Assembly: GCA_042571085.1 (NCBI GenBank)
Contig: JBHPGB010000001.1
Coordinates: 3,190 to 67,189 of the forward strand
Direction of reading: 5' to 3'
From: Patescibacteria group bacterium
Lineage (GTDB): Bacteria > Patescibacteriota > Minisyncoccia > Phycocordibacterales > JBHPGB01
DNA: 64,000 bases
The notes beneath the pieces were generated by a model. The model was not told the DNA's origin. It ran no database searches and saw only the letters and a program-made list of their open reading frames with translations. Made by a program: the position numbers and the translations under genes. Shown here piece by piece: positions 28,895 through 39,071 of this stretch; position 1 is the first letter of the stretch; every line of letters begins with the position of its first letter.

Positions 28895-29353
28895 ATGCGA
28901 TTATTTGAGCAGTTTGATCCCTTAAGCAGCCAAGGAGATATCATGGATATATTCACTCTAATTATTTTGTGGGTAGTAATAGGCATTCTTGTGGGTAAAT
29001 ATAGATGGGAACTTGCCTATGGTGTGGATTTTAAAAATTTGAAATTAGGTGATCGTTTTTTGCTTTCGATAAATTGGCCAGTCACGTATGTTGTGTGCGG
29101 CCCGGATATTTCGTGGTTTATCAGACATCCTAAAAAGCCATCACTTGCTTTTGATTGTTTTTCTGATGAAGATGCATTTATCAAAACATTTGAGACTAAA
29201 TATGGATATTGTGCAGCCATGATGTTTTGGGGGTTTCCTTGTTTCATATTTTCAACTACTGTCTTTGTGCTTGGTTGCATCTTAAGGATTATGTATGAAA
29301 TGTTAGTACCTGTTTATAAAATATGCATGTGGTGCATTAAATGCATCATATAG
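28895..29353 (+). CDS. Hypothetical membrane protein (Cys-rich C-terminus)
   Basis: 152 aa; 3-4 TM; ...CMWCIKCII. Confidence 0.45.
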   Translation: MRLFEQFDPLSSQGDIMDIFTLIILWVVIGILVGKYRWELAYGVDFKNLKLGDRFLLSINWPVTYVVCGPDISWFIRHPKKPSLAFDCFSDEDAFIKTFETKYGYCAAMMFWGFPCFIFSTTVFVLGCILRIMYEMLVPVYKICMWCIKCII

Positions 29354-29409
29354 TAATAATGATGAATATGTTGTATTGTTAATACTGCTCGGGATGAGCA
29401 GTATTTTTT

Positions 29410-30246
29410 ATGGAAAAAGTCAAATTAAATCAGTATATAGCTCAGGCCACTGGCATGTCCCGTAGGGAGGCCAGTGAGGAGATAAAAGCTGGGAAAATCA
29501 AGATAAATGGGCGCAAAGCTCTTTTTTGGGAGGAAATTGACCCTAAAGAGGACAGTATTCTATACCAAGGCAAGAAAATCACCTTACCAGAGCATACTAC
29601 TACAATTATCCTAAATAAGCCTGTTGGGTATGTAACAACCCGAGATGATGAATTTGGAAGGGATATCGTGATGGATTTGTTGCCAGAAAATTTACAATAC
29701 CTAAAACCGGTTGGCCGACTTGATGCGGATAGTGAAGGTCTGCTTATCCTCACTGATGACGGAGATAAGATATATGAATGGACACATCCAAAATTTGAAC
29801 ACGAAAAAGAATACGTCTTAACGCTCAAAAAACCAATTACCGAAGAATTGCTGCAAAAATTTATAAAGGGTGTGAAGCTACAGGAGGGAATTGCCGTGGC
29901 TGACTATGTAGAGCCTATCTGGAAATCTCATTCCGGCTCTATGTCTCCAAATTTTGCTCGGAAACTCGTAAAAAATTCTTCAAAATATCCCGATATTCCT
30001 CAGAAATTTTTTACTTCGTCCCGAACCAAATTTGAAAACATATCCTCGAAAGCAGATTCCCAGACAGGCTCTGAAAAGATCAGTACAAAAGAATTAAACA
30101 TAGTGATCCACCAAGGATGGAAGAGGCAACTGCGCCGCATGGCAGAAAAATGCGGGAATGAAGTGACAAAACTAAAGCGTATTCGTATGGGAGACATTAC
30201 TCTAGATGACTTGCCAAGTGGTGAGTGGAAGAAGGTTGATTTGTAA
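29410..30246 (+). CDS. S4-domain pseudouridine synthase (RsuA/RluB family) with C-terminal extension
   Basis: S4 RNA-binding N-terminus; GRLDADSEGLLILTDDG catalytic motif. Confidence 0.85.
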   Translation: MEKVKLNQYIAQATGMSRREASEEIKAGKIKINGRKALFWEEIDPKEDSILYQGKKITLPEHTTTIILNKPVGYVTTRDDEFGRDIVMDLLPENLQYLKPVGRLDADSEGLLILTDDGDKIYEWTHPKFEHEKEYVLTLKKPITEELLQKFIKGVKLQEGIAVADYVEPIWKSHSGSMSPNFARKLVKNSSKYPDIPQKFFTSSRTKFENISSKADSQTGSEKISTKELNIVIHQGWKRQLRRMAEKCGNEVTKLKRIRMGDITLDDLPSGEWKKVDL

Positions 30247-30323
30247 TGTCTCGTTGATATAAATTATTTTTGGTGTATAAATATCTTAACAAATCATTTT
30301 TATAATAATTTAATAACACCTCT

Positions 30324-33300
30324 ATGAAGAATAAAATATTTAGCAAGGGTCTCTATTTCTTAATTTTTACGGCAATTTTTGCTGTTTTGCCTTTATCTGC
30401 TTCAGCTGCAACATATGTGAGCGGCACAATTTCCACCGATACCGTTTGGACTGCTTCAAGTAGTCCGTATGTGGTGCAGGGTATTGTTGCTTTGGATCAA
30501 TACAGAACTCTTACAATAGAACCTGGTGTGGTTGTTAAATTTGATACTGGCGCATTGTTGCATGCACACGGTACACTTAACGCTCAAGGTACCACAGAAG
30601 ACAAAATATATTTCACCTCAATCAAAGACGACAGTATCGGTGGCGACACAAATGGAGATGGAGATGCTTCAGTGGCAGCGCCTGGTGATTGGGGTTTTTT
30701 AAATATTTCTACCTATCTGCCACGCAGTCCCCTTTCTTCCATTAAAAATATAGTGGTTCGATATGGTGGAGGTGTTGATTATAATACTACCGGTGCAGCG
30801 GTTATAATTTCTGATTCCGGGCTAGAGTCTATAGATAATTCTGAATTTGCATACAATAAAGTTGGACTTTACAACGAGTATGACAGTGTTGAGATAACTA
30901 ATAGTAATTTTCATCACAATGAAATCGGTGTGTATTCAGCTCCAAGACATCGTGGTTGGGGTGCGACAAGAATACTTACTTTTAATAACAACACAATTTC
31001 TGACAACTCATTATACGGGGTAGATATAGGATATTACAAGCCAACTTACGGTGTTGTGTCCAGTAGTTTTGATTTTAATAATAATATTTTCACAAATAAT
31101 CCAACAGCTTTGCGTGTGTATAGTAATACTATATTATCTCATTCAAACAATTCTGCTTCTGGTGGTGATAAAAATGGAATATTAATTGGTGATGGAATAC
31201 ATCCAAATACAAATTGGAATGCCGATAATATTCCATATATTATTGATGGTAATATTTATTATCGCGGTGGTACTCTTACCATTGATCCTGGAACTGTAAT
31301 TAAATTTACTTCTCCCGAATCTATTTTAGATATACATGCTCGTGTTTTTCTTCATATAAATGGAACTCAAGATGAACCAGTTTATTTTACTTCTATCAAA
31401 GACGATAGTGTCGGTGGCGACACAAATGGAGATGGGTCTGCTTCAGTACCAGCAGCAGGTGACTGGGGATATGTTTCTATAGGAGAGGGATCTTCTAATA
31501 TAGGTTTGGATATAAATTATATGAAAGTGCGCTATGGAGGTGGCTCTTTTTTCCGAAATAATATTTACCCTGCTCTAGCCCTGTCTTTTAATTGGTATCA
31601 ATATACTTTAGTTAAAGATTATTACTTGGAAAACATTGAAGTTTCAAATAGTAAATCTGGTCTCTATGTGCATTCTGTTAAACACAGATTTCATCTTTCA
31701 AACAGTAGTATCCACGATAATGAAGACTATGGGCTGTATGCATATACATATTTTAGATACGGACCTAACGGAGAAGTAGATGCACAAAATAACTGGTGGG
31801 GAGATGCTTCAGGGCCATATCAAGTGGATCAAAATCCTTCTGGTCTTGGAAATGAAATTTCTGGTGATGTCCCAACAAATGCATCATTTGATCCATGGCT
31901 TACAGAGGATCCGCTTGTTTCAACACCAACATGCTGTTCTAGTGTGGTGTTTTTGCCAGGTTTGGAAGCAAGTCGTTTGTACCGACCTGGGTTAACGCTA
32001 TTTTCAGAAGACCAATTATGGTATCCGAATACCACAAACGATATACAAAACCTCTCACTCTCTACAACCACTGGTGAGAGTATTGATCCAAATGTTTACA
32101 CGCGTGATGTGCTTGATGAGGTTGCTGGGACAGTAAATATATACAAAGGCTTTTTGTCTGATATGAATAAGCTTGTAGATTCTGGAACAATAGCGCAATT
32201 TGAACCTATGCCATACGATTGGCGTAAAGATCAGAAAGATGTTGCAATGCAACCTGTTGTGATTGGAAGAAATGGAGAAAGTTATTCAATGGTACAAAAG
32301 ATTGAAGAATTGGCGTCGACATCACAAACAGGAAAAGTTACGATCATAACACACAGTAACGGAGGGTTAGTTGCAAAAGAGCTTATTGAATTACTTCGTA
32401 AGGCTGGAAAGAGTTCTTTGGTGGAACAGCTTATTATGGTAGCAGCACCAGAATTAGGAACACCAAAAGCGGTTTTGTTAATGTTGCATGGAGAAAATCT
32501 TACTGGGCCACCTGATTATGTAAACACTCGTGAACTCGGAGAAAATATGAAAAGTGCGTACACCCTCCTGCCTTCCAGTGCGTATTTTGATCCGAGTAGA
32601 ACAGGATTATTACCTAGTCAAAATATTATAGAATTTAGTACTACAACTTCCGCAACGCAATATTTCCGCGATTTGTATGGAGAGAGTATTTCAGATTACG
32701 ATACATTACGAAAGTTCTTGCTTGGGGACAATGGATTGCGTATCGAGCCTATAGCGAGTGCAGTCAGTGAGCCAAATGTTCTGAAAGAAAATTTCTTGGA
32801 GAATGCTGAAACTCGCCACAGTTTTCAAGATACATGGACTCCTCCTGAAGATATTAAAGTAACAGAGATTGTTGGATGGGGCCTTGATACTGTGAATGGA
32901 ATTCGTTATGATGCAACACAAAAAACCATATGTAATGAAGACAAGTCTGTATGCACCAAACAAGATATTATTGATCCGCAACCATTAGTTACTGTAAATG
33001 GAGACGGAACGGTTGTGCATTTGTCGGCAGAGGCGACAGAAGGAGCGGATAGGTATTGGGTTGATATAAGCGAGTATAATGCAGGACCAAAAGTTAATCG
33101 TGATCATAAAAATATTCTAGAAGTTAAACCCTTAATTGCTCTTTTGTCTACTCTTGTTAAAAATGATGAGGTTACAATTCTGCCTGATGACTATATAAAA
33201 TCAGATCAGCCACAACTTTCTGATGCAGAGTCACGATTGCGCATCGGTGTTCATTCACCTGTAACGCTACATCTTTATGACAACTATGGTCGTCACACAG

Positions 33301-33959
33301 GACCAGCTGTAAATCCAGATCCAGACTCAGATCTTCCATTTGTAGAAGAGCAGATTCCAAATACTTACTATTGGAATATTGGAGAAGGTCAGTATGCAGG
33401 TGTTGGTGTAGACACAATAACTACAATAAAATTAACAGGGAAAAAACTCGGCACATTTACTGTTGATATTGATGAGGTTGTTGGTGATGAGTCTGTATCC
33501 ACAAACATATTTGCTAATATACCAACTACTGAAAATACTATCGCACATATTGCAGTGGGTGAAACAGTACATACACCAGTACTTCTGGTTGATATAGATG
33601 GTGATGATAATAATGATGTAGAAATCAACCCTAATGAAGAAGTGTCTGACACAGACTATCTTGTACTTTTGCGCGGCGTCATAACAACAATGGATTTGTC
33701 AGAGAAAAAAGAGGAAAAGCTTATTAAAGCAATAGATCGTATTCTTAAGTCTGTTGAGAAAGAAGAAAAGTGTGTAAACAAAAAAGAAGAAAATGCACAA
33801 AAGAAGTGTGATATACATTTTGATCATAAGTTTGGAAAAAGGTTTGACTACTTTGTAAAAATAATTGAAAAATTTGAAGAACGAGAAATATTGTCTGATA
33901 TCGAAGCGAGAGAACTAATTGATGTTATTGGTAAAATTGAGGGTGAGATGGTAATATAA
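30324..33959 (+). CDS. Giant secreted multidomain protein: duplicated N-terminal module, right-handed beta-helix (NosD-like) repeats, central LCAT/PGAP1-like alpha/beta-hydrolase (lipase/acyltransferase) domain, coiled-coil C-terminal tail
   Basis: Signal peptide; repeat YFTSIKDDS(I/V)GGDTNGDG.ASV.A.GDWG twice; CCSSVVFLPGLEASRLYRP and ITHSNGG lipase-like nucleophile; C-terminus ELIDVIGKIEGEMVI. Confidence 0.65.
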   Translation: MKNKIFSKGLYFLIFTAIFAVLPLSASAATYVSGTISTDTVWTASSSPYVVQGIVALDQYRTLTIEPGVVVKFDTGALLHAHGTLNAQGTTEDKIYFTSIKDDSIGGDTNGDGDASVAAPGDWGFLNISTYLPRSPLSSIKNIVVRYGGGVDYNTTGAAVIISDSGLESIDNSEFAYNKVGLYNEYDSVEITNSNFHHNEIGVYSAPRHRGWGATRILTFNNNTISDNSLYGVDIGYYKPTYGVVSSSFDFNNNIFTNNPTALRVYSNTILSHSNNSASGGDKNGILIGDGIHPNTNWNADNIPYIIDGNIYYRGGTLTIDPGTVIKFTSPESILDIHARVFLHINGTQDEPVYFTSIKDDSVGGDTNGDGSASVPAAGDWGYVSIGEGSSNIGLDINYMKVRYGGGSFFRNNIYPALALSFNWYQYTLVKDYYLENIEVSNSKSGLYVHSVKHRFHLSNSSIHDNEDYGLYAYTYFRYGPNGEVDAQNNWWGDASGPYQVDQNPSGLGNEISGDVPTNASFDPWLTEDPLVSTPTCCSSVVFLPGLEASRLYRPGLTLFSEDQLWYPNTTNDIQNLSLSTTTGESIDPNVYTRDVLDEVAGTVNIYKGFLSDMNKLVDSGTIAQFEPMPYDWRKDQKDVAMQPVVIGRNGESYSMVQKIEELASTSQTGKVTIITHSNGGLVAKELIELLRKAGKSSLVEQLIMVAAPELGTPKAVLLMLHGENLTGPPDYVNTRELGENMKSAYTLLPSSAYFDPSRTGLLPSQNIIEFSTTTSATQYFRDLYGESISDYDTLRKFLLGDNGLRIEPIASAVSEPNVLKENFLENAETRHSFQDTWTPPEDIKVTEIVGWGLDTVNGIRYDATQKTICNEDKSVCTKQDIIDPQPLVTVNGDGTVVHLSAEATEGADRYWVDISEYNAGPKVNRDHKNILEVKPLIALLSTLVKNDEVTILPDDYIKSDQPQLSDAESRLRIGVHSPVTLHLYDNYGRHTGPAVNPDPDSDLPFVEEQIPNTYYWNIGEGQYAGVGVDTITTIKLTGKKLGTFTVDIDEVVGDESVSTNIFANIPTTENTIAHIAVGETVHTPVLLVDIDGDDNNDVEINPNEEVSDTDYLVLLRGVITTMDLSEKKEEKLIKAIDRILKSVEKEEKCVNKKEENAQKKCDIHFDHKFGKRFDYFVKIIEKFEEREILSDIEARELIDVIGKIEGEMVI

Positions 33960-33963
33960 ATGT

Positions 33964-34410
33964 ATGTTGAATCATAAAAAAGTCGCAATATTTTTGTTTA
34001 CAGCAACCGTCATTATAAATTATATTGTCTATTTAATCTGGGAACCTCCATACGATAGTTTGTGCGGTGGTGGAATTCATGAAAATAGAGATTGTGTTAA
34101 TTTAATAAACAACTTAAGCGAACCTGTTTTTTGGTCTTTTCTAGCACTTCTTCCAGTTACTATAGCTCTTTTCTTCCTACGTCGTGAAGTATTTGTGGCT
34201 TGGGTAAAGTTTGCAGCTATTGGATTTCCTATAATGCTTGCAGGACTTCTCTATACATTCAACATGCCACAATCTACAGGATCATTTATGGGAGGTCCAT
34301 CAGAATCAGAAATTGCATCTGTTGTTCTTCCAGGCCTCTTCCTCATTATCTCCCTCTTAATCATCGCAATAAAATCTTGGAAGTTGAGGAAAATGAATGG
34401 TGCTGAATAA
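33964..34410 (+). CDS. Small 4-TM membrane protein, paralog A (C-terminal 27 aa identical to paralog B)
   Basis: ...GLFLIISLLIIAIKSWKLRKMNGAE; followed by the same terminator as paralog B. Confidence 0.6.
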   Translation: MLNHKKVAIFLFTATVIINYIVYLIWEPPYDSLCGGGIHENRDCVNLINNLSEPVFWSFLALLPVTIALFFLRREVFVAWVKFAAIGFPIMLAGLLYTFNMPQSTGSFMGGPSESEIASVVLPGLFLIISLLIIAIKSWKLRKMNGAE

Positions 34411-34470
34411 ATATAAAATACAACAAAAAACCGCCCTCAAGCGGTTTTTTTATACCCACAGGGCACAGGT

Positions 34471-34532
34471 ATAAATTAATCGGCTCAACCGGGTTGAGCC
34501 GATTAATAGTTTGAAGAATATGGGTTTTTTGA
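34471..34532. repeat. 62-bp repeat containing perfect palindrome ATTAATCGGCTCAACCGGGTTGAGCCGATTAAT
   Basis: Near-identical copy at 36393-36454; variant at 6661-6722. Confidence 0.75.
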
Positions 34533-34553
34533 CACTCAAATATCACAGGCCAA

Positions 34554-34796
34554 ATGGATATTCAACACGGACTTAAAACAGATATACAAGAAAAATTAAA
34601 AATTGCTCAAAAGGAATTCAGTAAAGAAAAACAAGATAATGCTATTAAGAAGCTTGATGATACAATAAGAAAACTAGAGGATGAAGTTCATCAAAATATT
34701 AAGCGTACTGAAAAAGAGAAAAAGATAAAAATATCAACAGAAGATGCACAAAAATTGATTGATATTATTGTGAAAATAATAGATGGAATGGTATAA
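34554..34796 (+). CDS. Small coiled-coil protein sharing C-terminal motif with the giant secreted protein
   Basis: 80 aa; C-terminus KLIDIIVKIIDGMV vs giant protein ELIDVIGKIEGEMVI. Confidence 0.55.
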   Translation: MDIQHGLKTDIQEKLKIAQKEFSKEKQDNAIKKLDDTIRKLEDEVHQNIKRTEKEKKIKISTEDAQKLIDIIVKIIDGMV

Positions 34797-34804
34797 TAAA
34801 AGTA

Positions 34805-35212
34805 ATGTATAAAAGAAATATTATAAAATACCTTGAGATATCTTTTGTTGGAATTATTCTTAGTCTAATATTGTTAAATGCACCAGAAATTGGTTTTTGT
34901 GTTAATTGTTACGGTTTGGCAGATGTTGGGCAGCCTTTAAGTTTGTTGTTTTTGTCACTCGTTGTTATTTTTACGTTTTTGTTTTTCGCAAAGAAGATGG
35001 TTTTCACAACATGGAAAAAGTTTGCAATTCCATACCTCATATTTTCCACGATCATTCTTCTAATACCATCTGGTGGCATGGGTGGATTTATGGGGGGAGG
35101 GCCTGACAATGAATTTTTTGCAATAATACTTTCTGGTCTCTTCCTCATAATCTCCCTCCTAATCATCGCGATAAAATCTTGGAAGTTGAGGAAAATGAAT
35201 GGTGCTGAATAA
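34805..35212 (+). CDS. Small 4-TM membrane protein, paralog B
   Basis: Same architecture and identical C-terminal 27 aa plus identical terminator (AAAAAACCGCCCTCAAGCGGTTTTTT) as 33964..34410. Confidence 0.6.
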   Translation: MYKRNIIKYLEISFVGIILSLILLNAPEIGFCVNCYGLADVGQPLSLLFLSLVVIFTFLFFAKKMVFTTWKKFAIPYLIFSTIILLIPSGGMGGFMGGGPDNEFFAIILSGLFLIISLLIIAIKSWKLRKMNGAE

Positions 35213-35265
35213 ATACAAAACTCAACAACAAAAAACCGCCCTCAAGCGGTTTTTTGTTGTTGGAA

Positions 35266-35301
35266 ATATCGTTCTAAATTAAAGAAATGGGTGAGGTGTT
35301 G
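35266..35301 (+). promoter_or_regulatory. 36-bp duplicated upstream module TATCGTTCTAAATTAAAGAAATGGGTGAGGTGTTGA (copy 1), ends in -35-like TTGAC
   Basis: Identical copy at 35795-35830; each followed about 70-165 bp later by a small ORF. Confidence 0.55.
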
Positions 35302-35373
35302 ACGAAATAGTGTATATGTGATAATGTTTACTTCAGAAATTTCCCATTCAATAAAACTCTATAGGAGTTTCAG

Positions 35374-35703
35374 ATGAAAAAAACTGATTTGGAAAAATTG
35401 AGAAGTGGGCCTAGTAGCAGAGTCCGTGAAAGTGCTGGTACGAATGCTTTTGTAGTAACTGAAAAACTTGGGCTACACGAAGCAACCGTTCAAAGAACCT
35501 TAAGAATAATGAACCCGCTTGAATGGTTGGCCAACGGCAAACCATTCGACAAGATTGGTGATTTAAGGAGTGGTGACACTCTTAAACATGTAACTTTCGG
35601 TAGTACTTTTGTAGTAGAAGAAGTTGGTGAAATTTCTGCTTTCTCTGTAGAAACAAAAACTATCAATCTCAACAATTTTGATCAATGGGATATTATTTCT
35701 TAA
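35374..35703 (+). CDS. Hypothetical small protein (cassette 1)
   Basis: 109 aa; own promoter module and terminator (GGCCGTTCGCTTGAACGGCC plus T-run). Confidence 0.5.
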   Translation: MKKTDLEKLRSGPSSRVRESAGTNAFVVTEKLGLHEATVQRTLRIMNPLEWLANGKPFDKIGDLRSGDTLKHVTFGSTFVVEEVGEISAFSVETKTINLNNFDQWDIIS

Positions 35704-35794
35704 TTTAAGTACTTGTTGATAGAGGCCGTTCGCTTGAACGGCCTTTTTTATATTTACACAACCAGACGGAGGAATGTTACGTTTGTGTGGTAAG

Positions 35795-35830
35795 TATCGT
35801 TCTAAATTAAAGAAATGGGTGAGGTGTTGA
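35795..35830 (+). promoter_or_regulatory. 36-bp duplicated upstream module (copy 2)
   Basis: Exact repeat of 35266-35301. Confidence 0.55.
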
Positions 35831-35995
35831 TATAAATTGCTTTTAGGTGTATAAACAATATTAGTAAGTATATTTGCTAATGAGGATTGTGACGGAAAGA
35901 TAGGGTCACAAGCAAGATTTTGTGGTGGGTCCATTGATGTCAAAAAAGATGTTGATTCTTGGCGGTGTCAATTACAGTATAATAGGAGATGTGAA

Positions 35996-36322
35996 ATGAG
36001 CTACAAGGCAAGAGCTACTACCGACGGAAAAGGTATGCGTCCGATATGCGGAGGATTATTTCGTACGGATCTTAAAGCTCAATCTTTAGGGCAGGCTGGA
36101 GTAGACATTTGGTCGATTGATATTACTCTTTACTCAACCATATTGGTTAAGTTACTCAATCAAGATAAATTTAATCTGTTGGCCAGTCGGCTAATAAATG
36201 TTGAGGGGTACCACCCAAATACTGAAGTGATGGCTGGTCATAAACCAAGTCTTACTGCCATTGAAATTGGCGATAAAAAATATCGTGCGCGTGGGAATAC
36301 TATTTATGAAAAAAAAGTATAA
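35996..36322 (+). CDS. Hypothetical small protein (cassette 2)
   Basis: 108 aa; no similarity to cassette 1 protein. Confidence 0.5.
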   Translation: MSYKARATTDGKGMRPICGGLFRTDLKAQSLGQAGVDIWSIDITLYSTILVKLLNQDKFNLLASRLINVEGYHPNTEVMAGHKPSLTAIEIGDKKYRARGNTIYEKKV

Positions 36323-36392
36323 AGGCTCACGTTGCAAATGGCCCTGCTTGAGTTTAAGTAGGGCTATTCTTTTTATAAACTTGCTTTTTTAT

Positions 36393-36454
36393 ATAAATTA
36401 ATCGGCTCAACCGGGTTGAGCCGATTAATAGATTCGAGAATATGGGTTTTTTGA
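36393..36454. repeat. 62-bp palindrome-containing repeat, second copy
   Basis: ATAAATTAATCGGCTCAACCGGGTTGAGCCGATTAATAGaTTcGAgAATATGGGTTTTTTGA. Confidence 0.75.
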
Positions 36455-36458
36455 ATAT

Positions 36459-37727
36459 TTATTTTGACTTTTCTGCCATATCAGTACCAGCTACCCAGCC
36501 GGTGGTCCAGCAGAGTTGTAGAGAGAAGCCTCCTGACGGACGATTGATGTCTAATATATCACCGAGTAGATATAGGTTTGGATATAATTTTGAGGTCATG
36601 TTTTTAAAATTAACCTCTTCAAGGATGATGCCACCGTCTGTAACGACGGCTTTTTTGTGTCCGAGTGTACCTGTGATTTCAAATGTTAGATTTTTAAGTT
36701 TTTTCACAAGAGTTTTTCGCTCTTCTTTTGTGATGGAGTTGATTTCTAAATCGTCCATTTTAACATCTGGTAGATTTAATATTTCTCTCGCCAAGTTCTC
36801 CGGAAGTAATTCAGGTAGTACGTTTCTCAACTTTTTATTTTTGTTTTGTTCAAAAAGTTTTAATACTCTCTTATCTAAAACATTTTCTTCTGTATCGGGG
36901 AAAAGATCAATAGATGCTTCCACTGCACCTTTCTTTAACAGCTCCTTCACTTCGTATGCAGAATTTAAAATGAGCGGTCCTGAAACACCAAAGTGTGTGA
37001 AAAGAATTTTACCAGTCTTTTTGAGTGCAGATTTACCCTTTTGCATAAAGCGGATAGTCATGAATGAAAGATCCAGCCCAGATAATCTATGTACCCACTC
37101 ATCAGATGTAGTAAGTGGTACTACGTTTGGATTTGGCTCTTTGATTGTGTGCCCTAGGTTTTTTAGGAAGTTGAAACCGTCACCACTTGATCCTGTTTGA
37201 GGTGCAGCAACACCACCCGTTGCGATTGCAAAATTTTCTGCAGAAAATTCAGCTCCTTTTTTGGTGGTGATTGATACAATCTTGTCTCCATCTTTATTTA
37301 TAGATGCCACGCGGTTGTTTGTGATTATTTCCACATCATTTCTGCGCATGTATTGTTCAAGTACTAAGAATACATCAGACGCCTTTTGTGATTTTGGAAA
37401 TACTCTGTTGCGGGCCTCTGTTACTAAAGGTAGTTTAAGATTTTCAAAGAATGTAAAAGTATCTTTCGCAGAGAATTTTGAAAAGGGGGAGTATAGAAAA
37501 TCTTTTGCACTTGGGAAATTATCTAAGAATTTACGCACATCAAATTCGGCGTTGGTGATATTGCACCTGCCGCCGCCTGTTATTTTAAGCTTTTCCCCAA
37601 GCTTTTTATTACGTTCAATAAGTAGTACTTTTGCACCCAGCTCTGCAGCGCGTCCTGCCATCATCATTCCGGATGGCCCGCCACCTATTACTATTAGATC
37701 GTATTGTCCTTTTCTGTTATTTGCCAT
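36459..37727 (-). CDS. HI0933-like FAD-dependent flavoprotein (aminoacetone oxidase family)
   Basis: YDLIVIGGGPSGMMMAGRAAELGAKVLLIERN dinucleotide-binding motif; 422 aa. Confidence 0.8.
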   Translation of the reverse strand: MANNRKGQYDLIVIGGGPSGMMMAGRAAELGAKVLLIERNKKLGEKLKITGGGRCNITNAEFDVRKFLDNFPSAKDFLYSPFSKFSAKDTFTFFENLKLPLVTEARNRVFPKSQKASDVFLVLEQYMRRNDVEIITNNRVASINKDGDKIVSITTKKGAEFSAENFAIATGGVAAPQTGSSGDGFNFLKNLGHTIKEPNPNVVPLTTSDEWVHRLSGLDLSFMTIRFMQKGKSALKKTGKILFTHFGVSGPLILNSAYEVKELLKKGAVEASIDLFPDTEENVLDKRVLKLFEQNKNKKLRNVLPELLPENLAREILNLPDVKMDDLEINSITKEERKTLVKKLKNLTFEITGTLGHKKAVVTDGGIILEEVNFKNMTSKLYPNLYLLGDILDINRPSGGFSLQLCWTTGWVAGTDMAEKSK

Positions 37728-37788
37728 AATGAGTGCAGTGTAGCATTATTTTATATAATTACTAGGTTATTTTATTTAAATACCCATT

Positions 37789-37817
37789 AAAAAAGGCCCC
37801 GAGTTGCTCGGGGCCTC
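37789..37817. terminator. Bidirectional GC-rich hairpin between flavoprotein gene and ilvC
   Basis: GGCCCCGAGTTGCTCGGGGCC. Confidence 0.6.
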
Positions 37818-37836
37818 TCCGATTACTGTAATCGGG

Positions 37837-38865
<1,029 letters not shown>

Positions 38866-38892
38866 TTATTAAGAACAATGTAAATGTTTGTT

Positions 38893-38915
38893 GATTATCA
38901 ACAAACACAGTTTTT
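38893..38915. promoter_or_regulatory. Perfect palindrome TGTTTGTTGATtATCAACAAACA just upstream of ilvC start (operator-like)
   Basis: 11-bp arms, 1-bp centre; 35-55 bp upstream of ilvC start codon. Confidence 0.5.
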
Positions 38916-39071
38916 ACACCTCGGTAAAGCTACATGTAGTATAAGAATAAATCGGGTTGTGTCAAATATCCTCTCTAAACACTATGATTTTGTAGTTATT
39001 GCGCAAAGTGGGTGCGGGGGTGTACAATAATAGTAAATTAATCTTATTACTAATAATCTAATAAACATATT

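Noticed and set aside
34471-36454. Integron-like attC sites (the 62-bp palindromic repeats) delimiting gene cassettes
   Set aside because: The palindromes are perfectly symmetric (attC sites are imperfect with extrahelical bases), cassette ORFs carry their own promoters, and no IntI-type integrase is present in the window. Kept only as a generic repeat-bounded cassette region.
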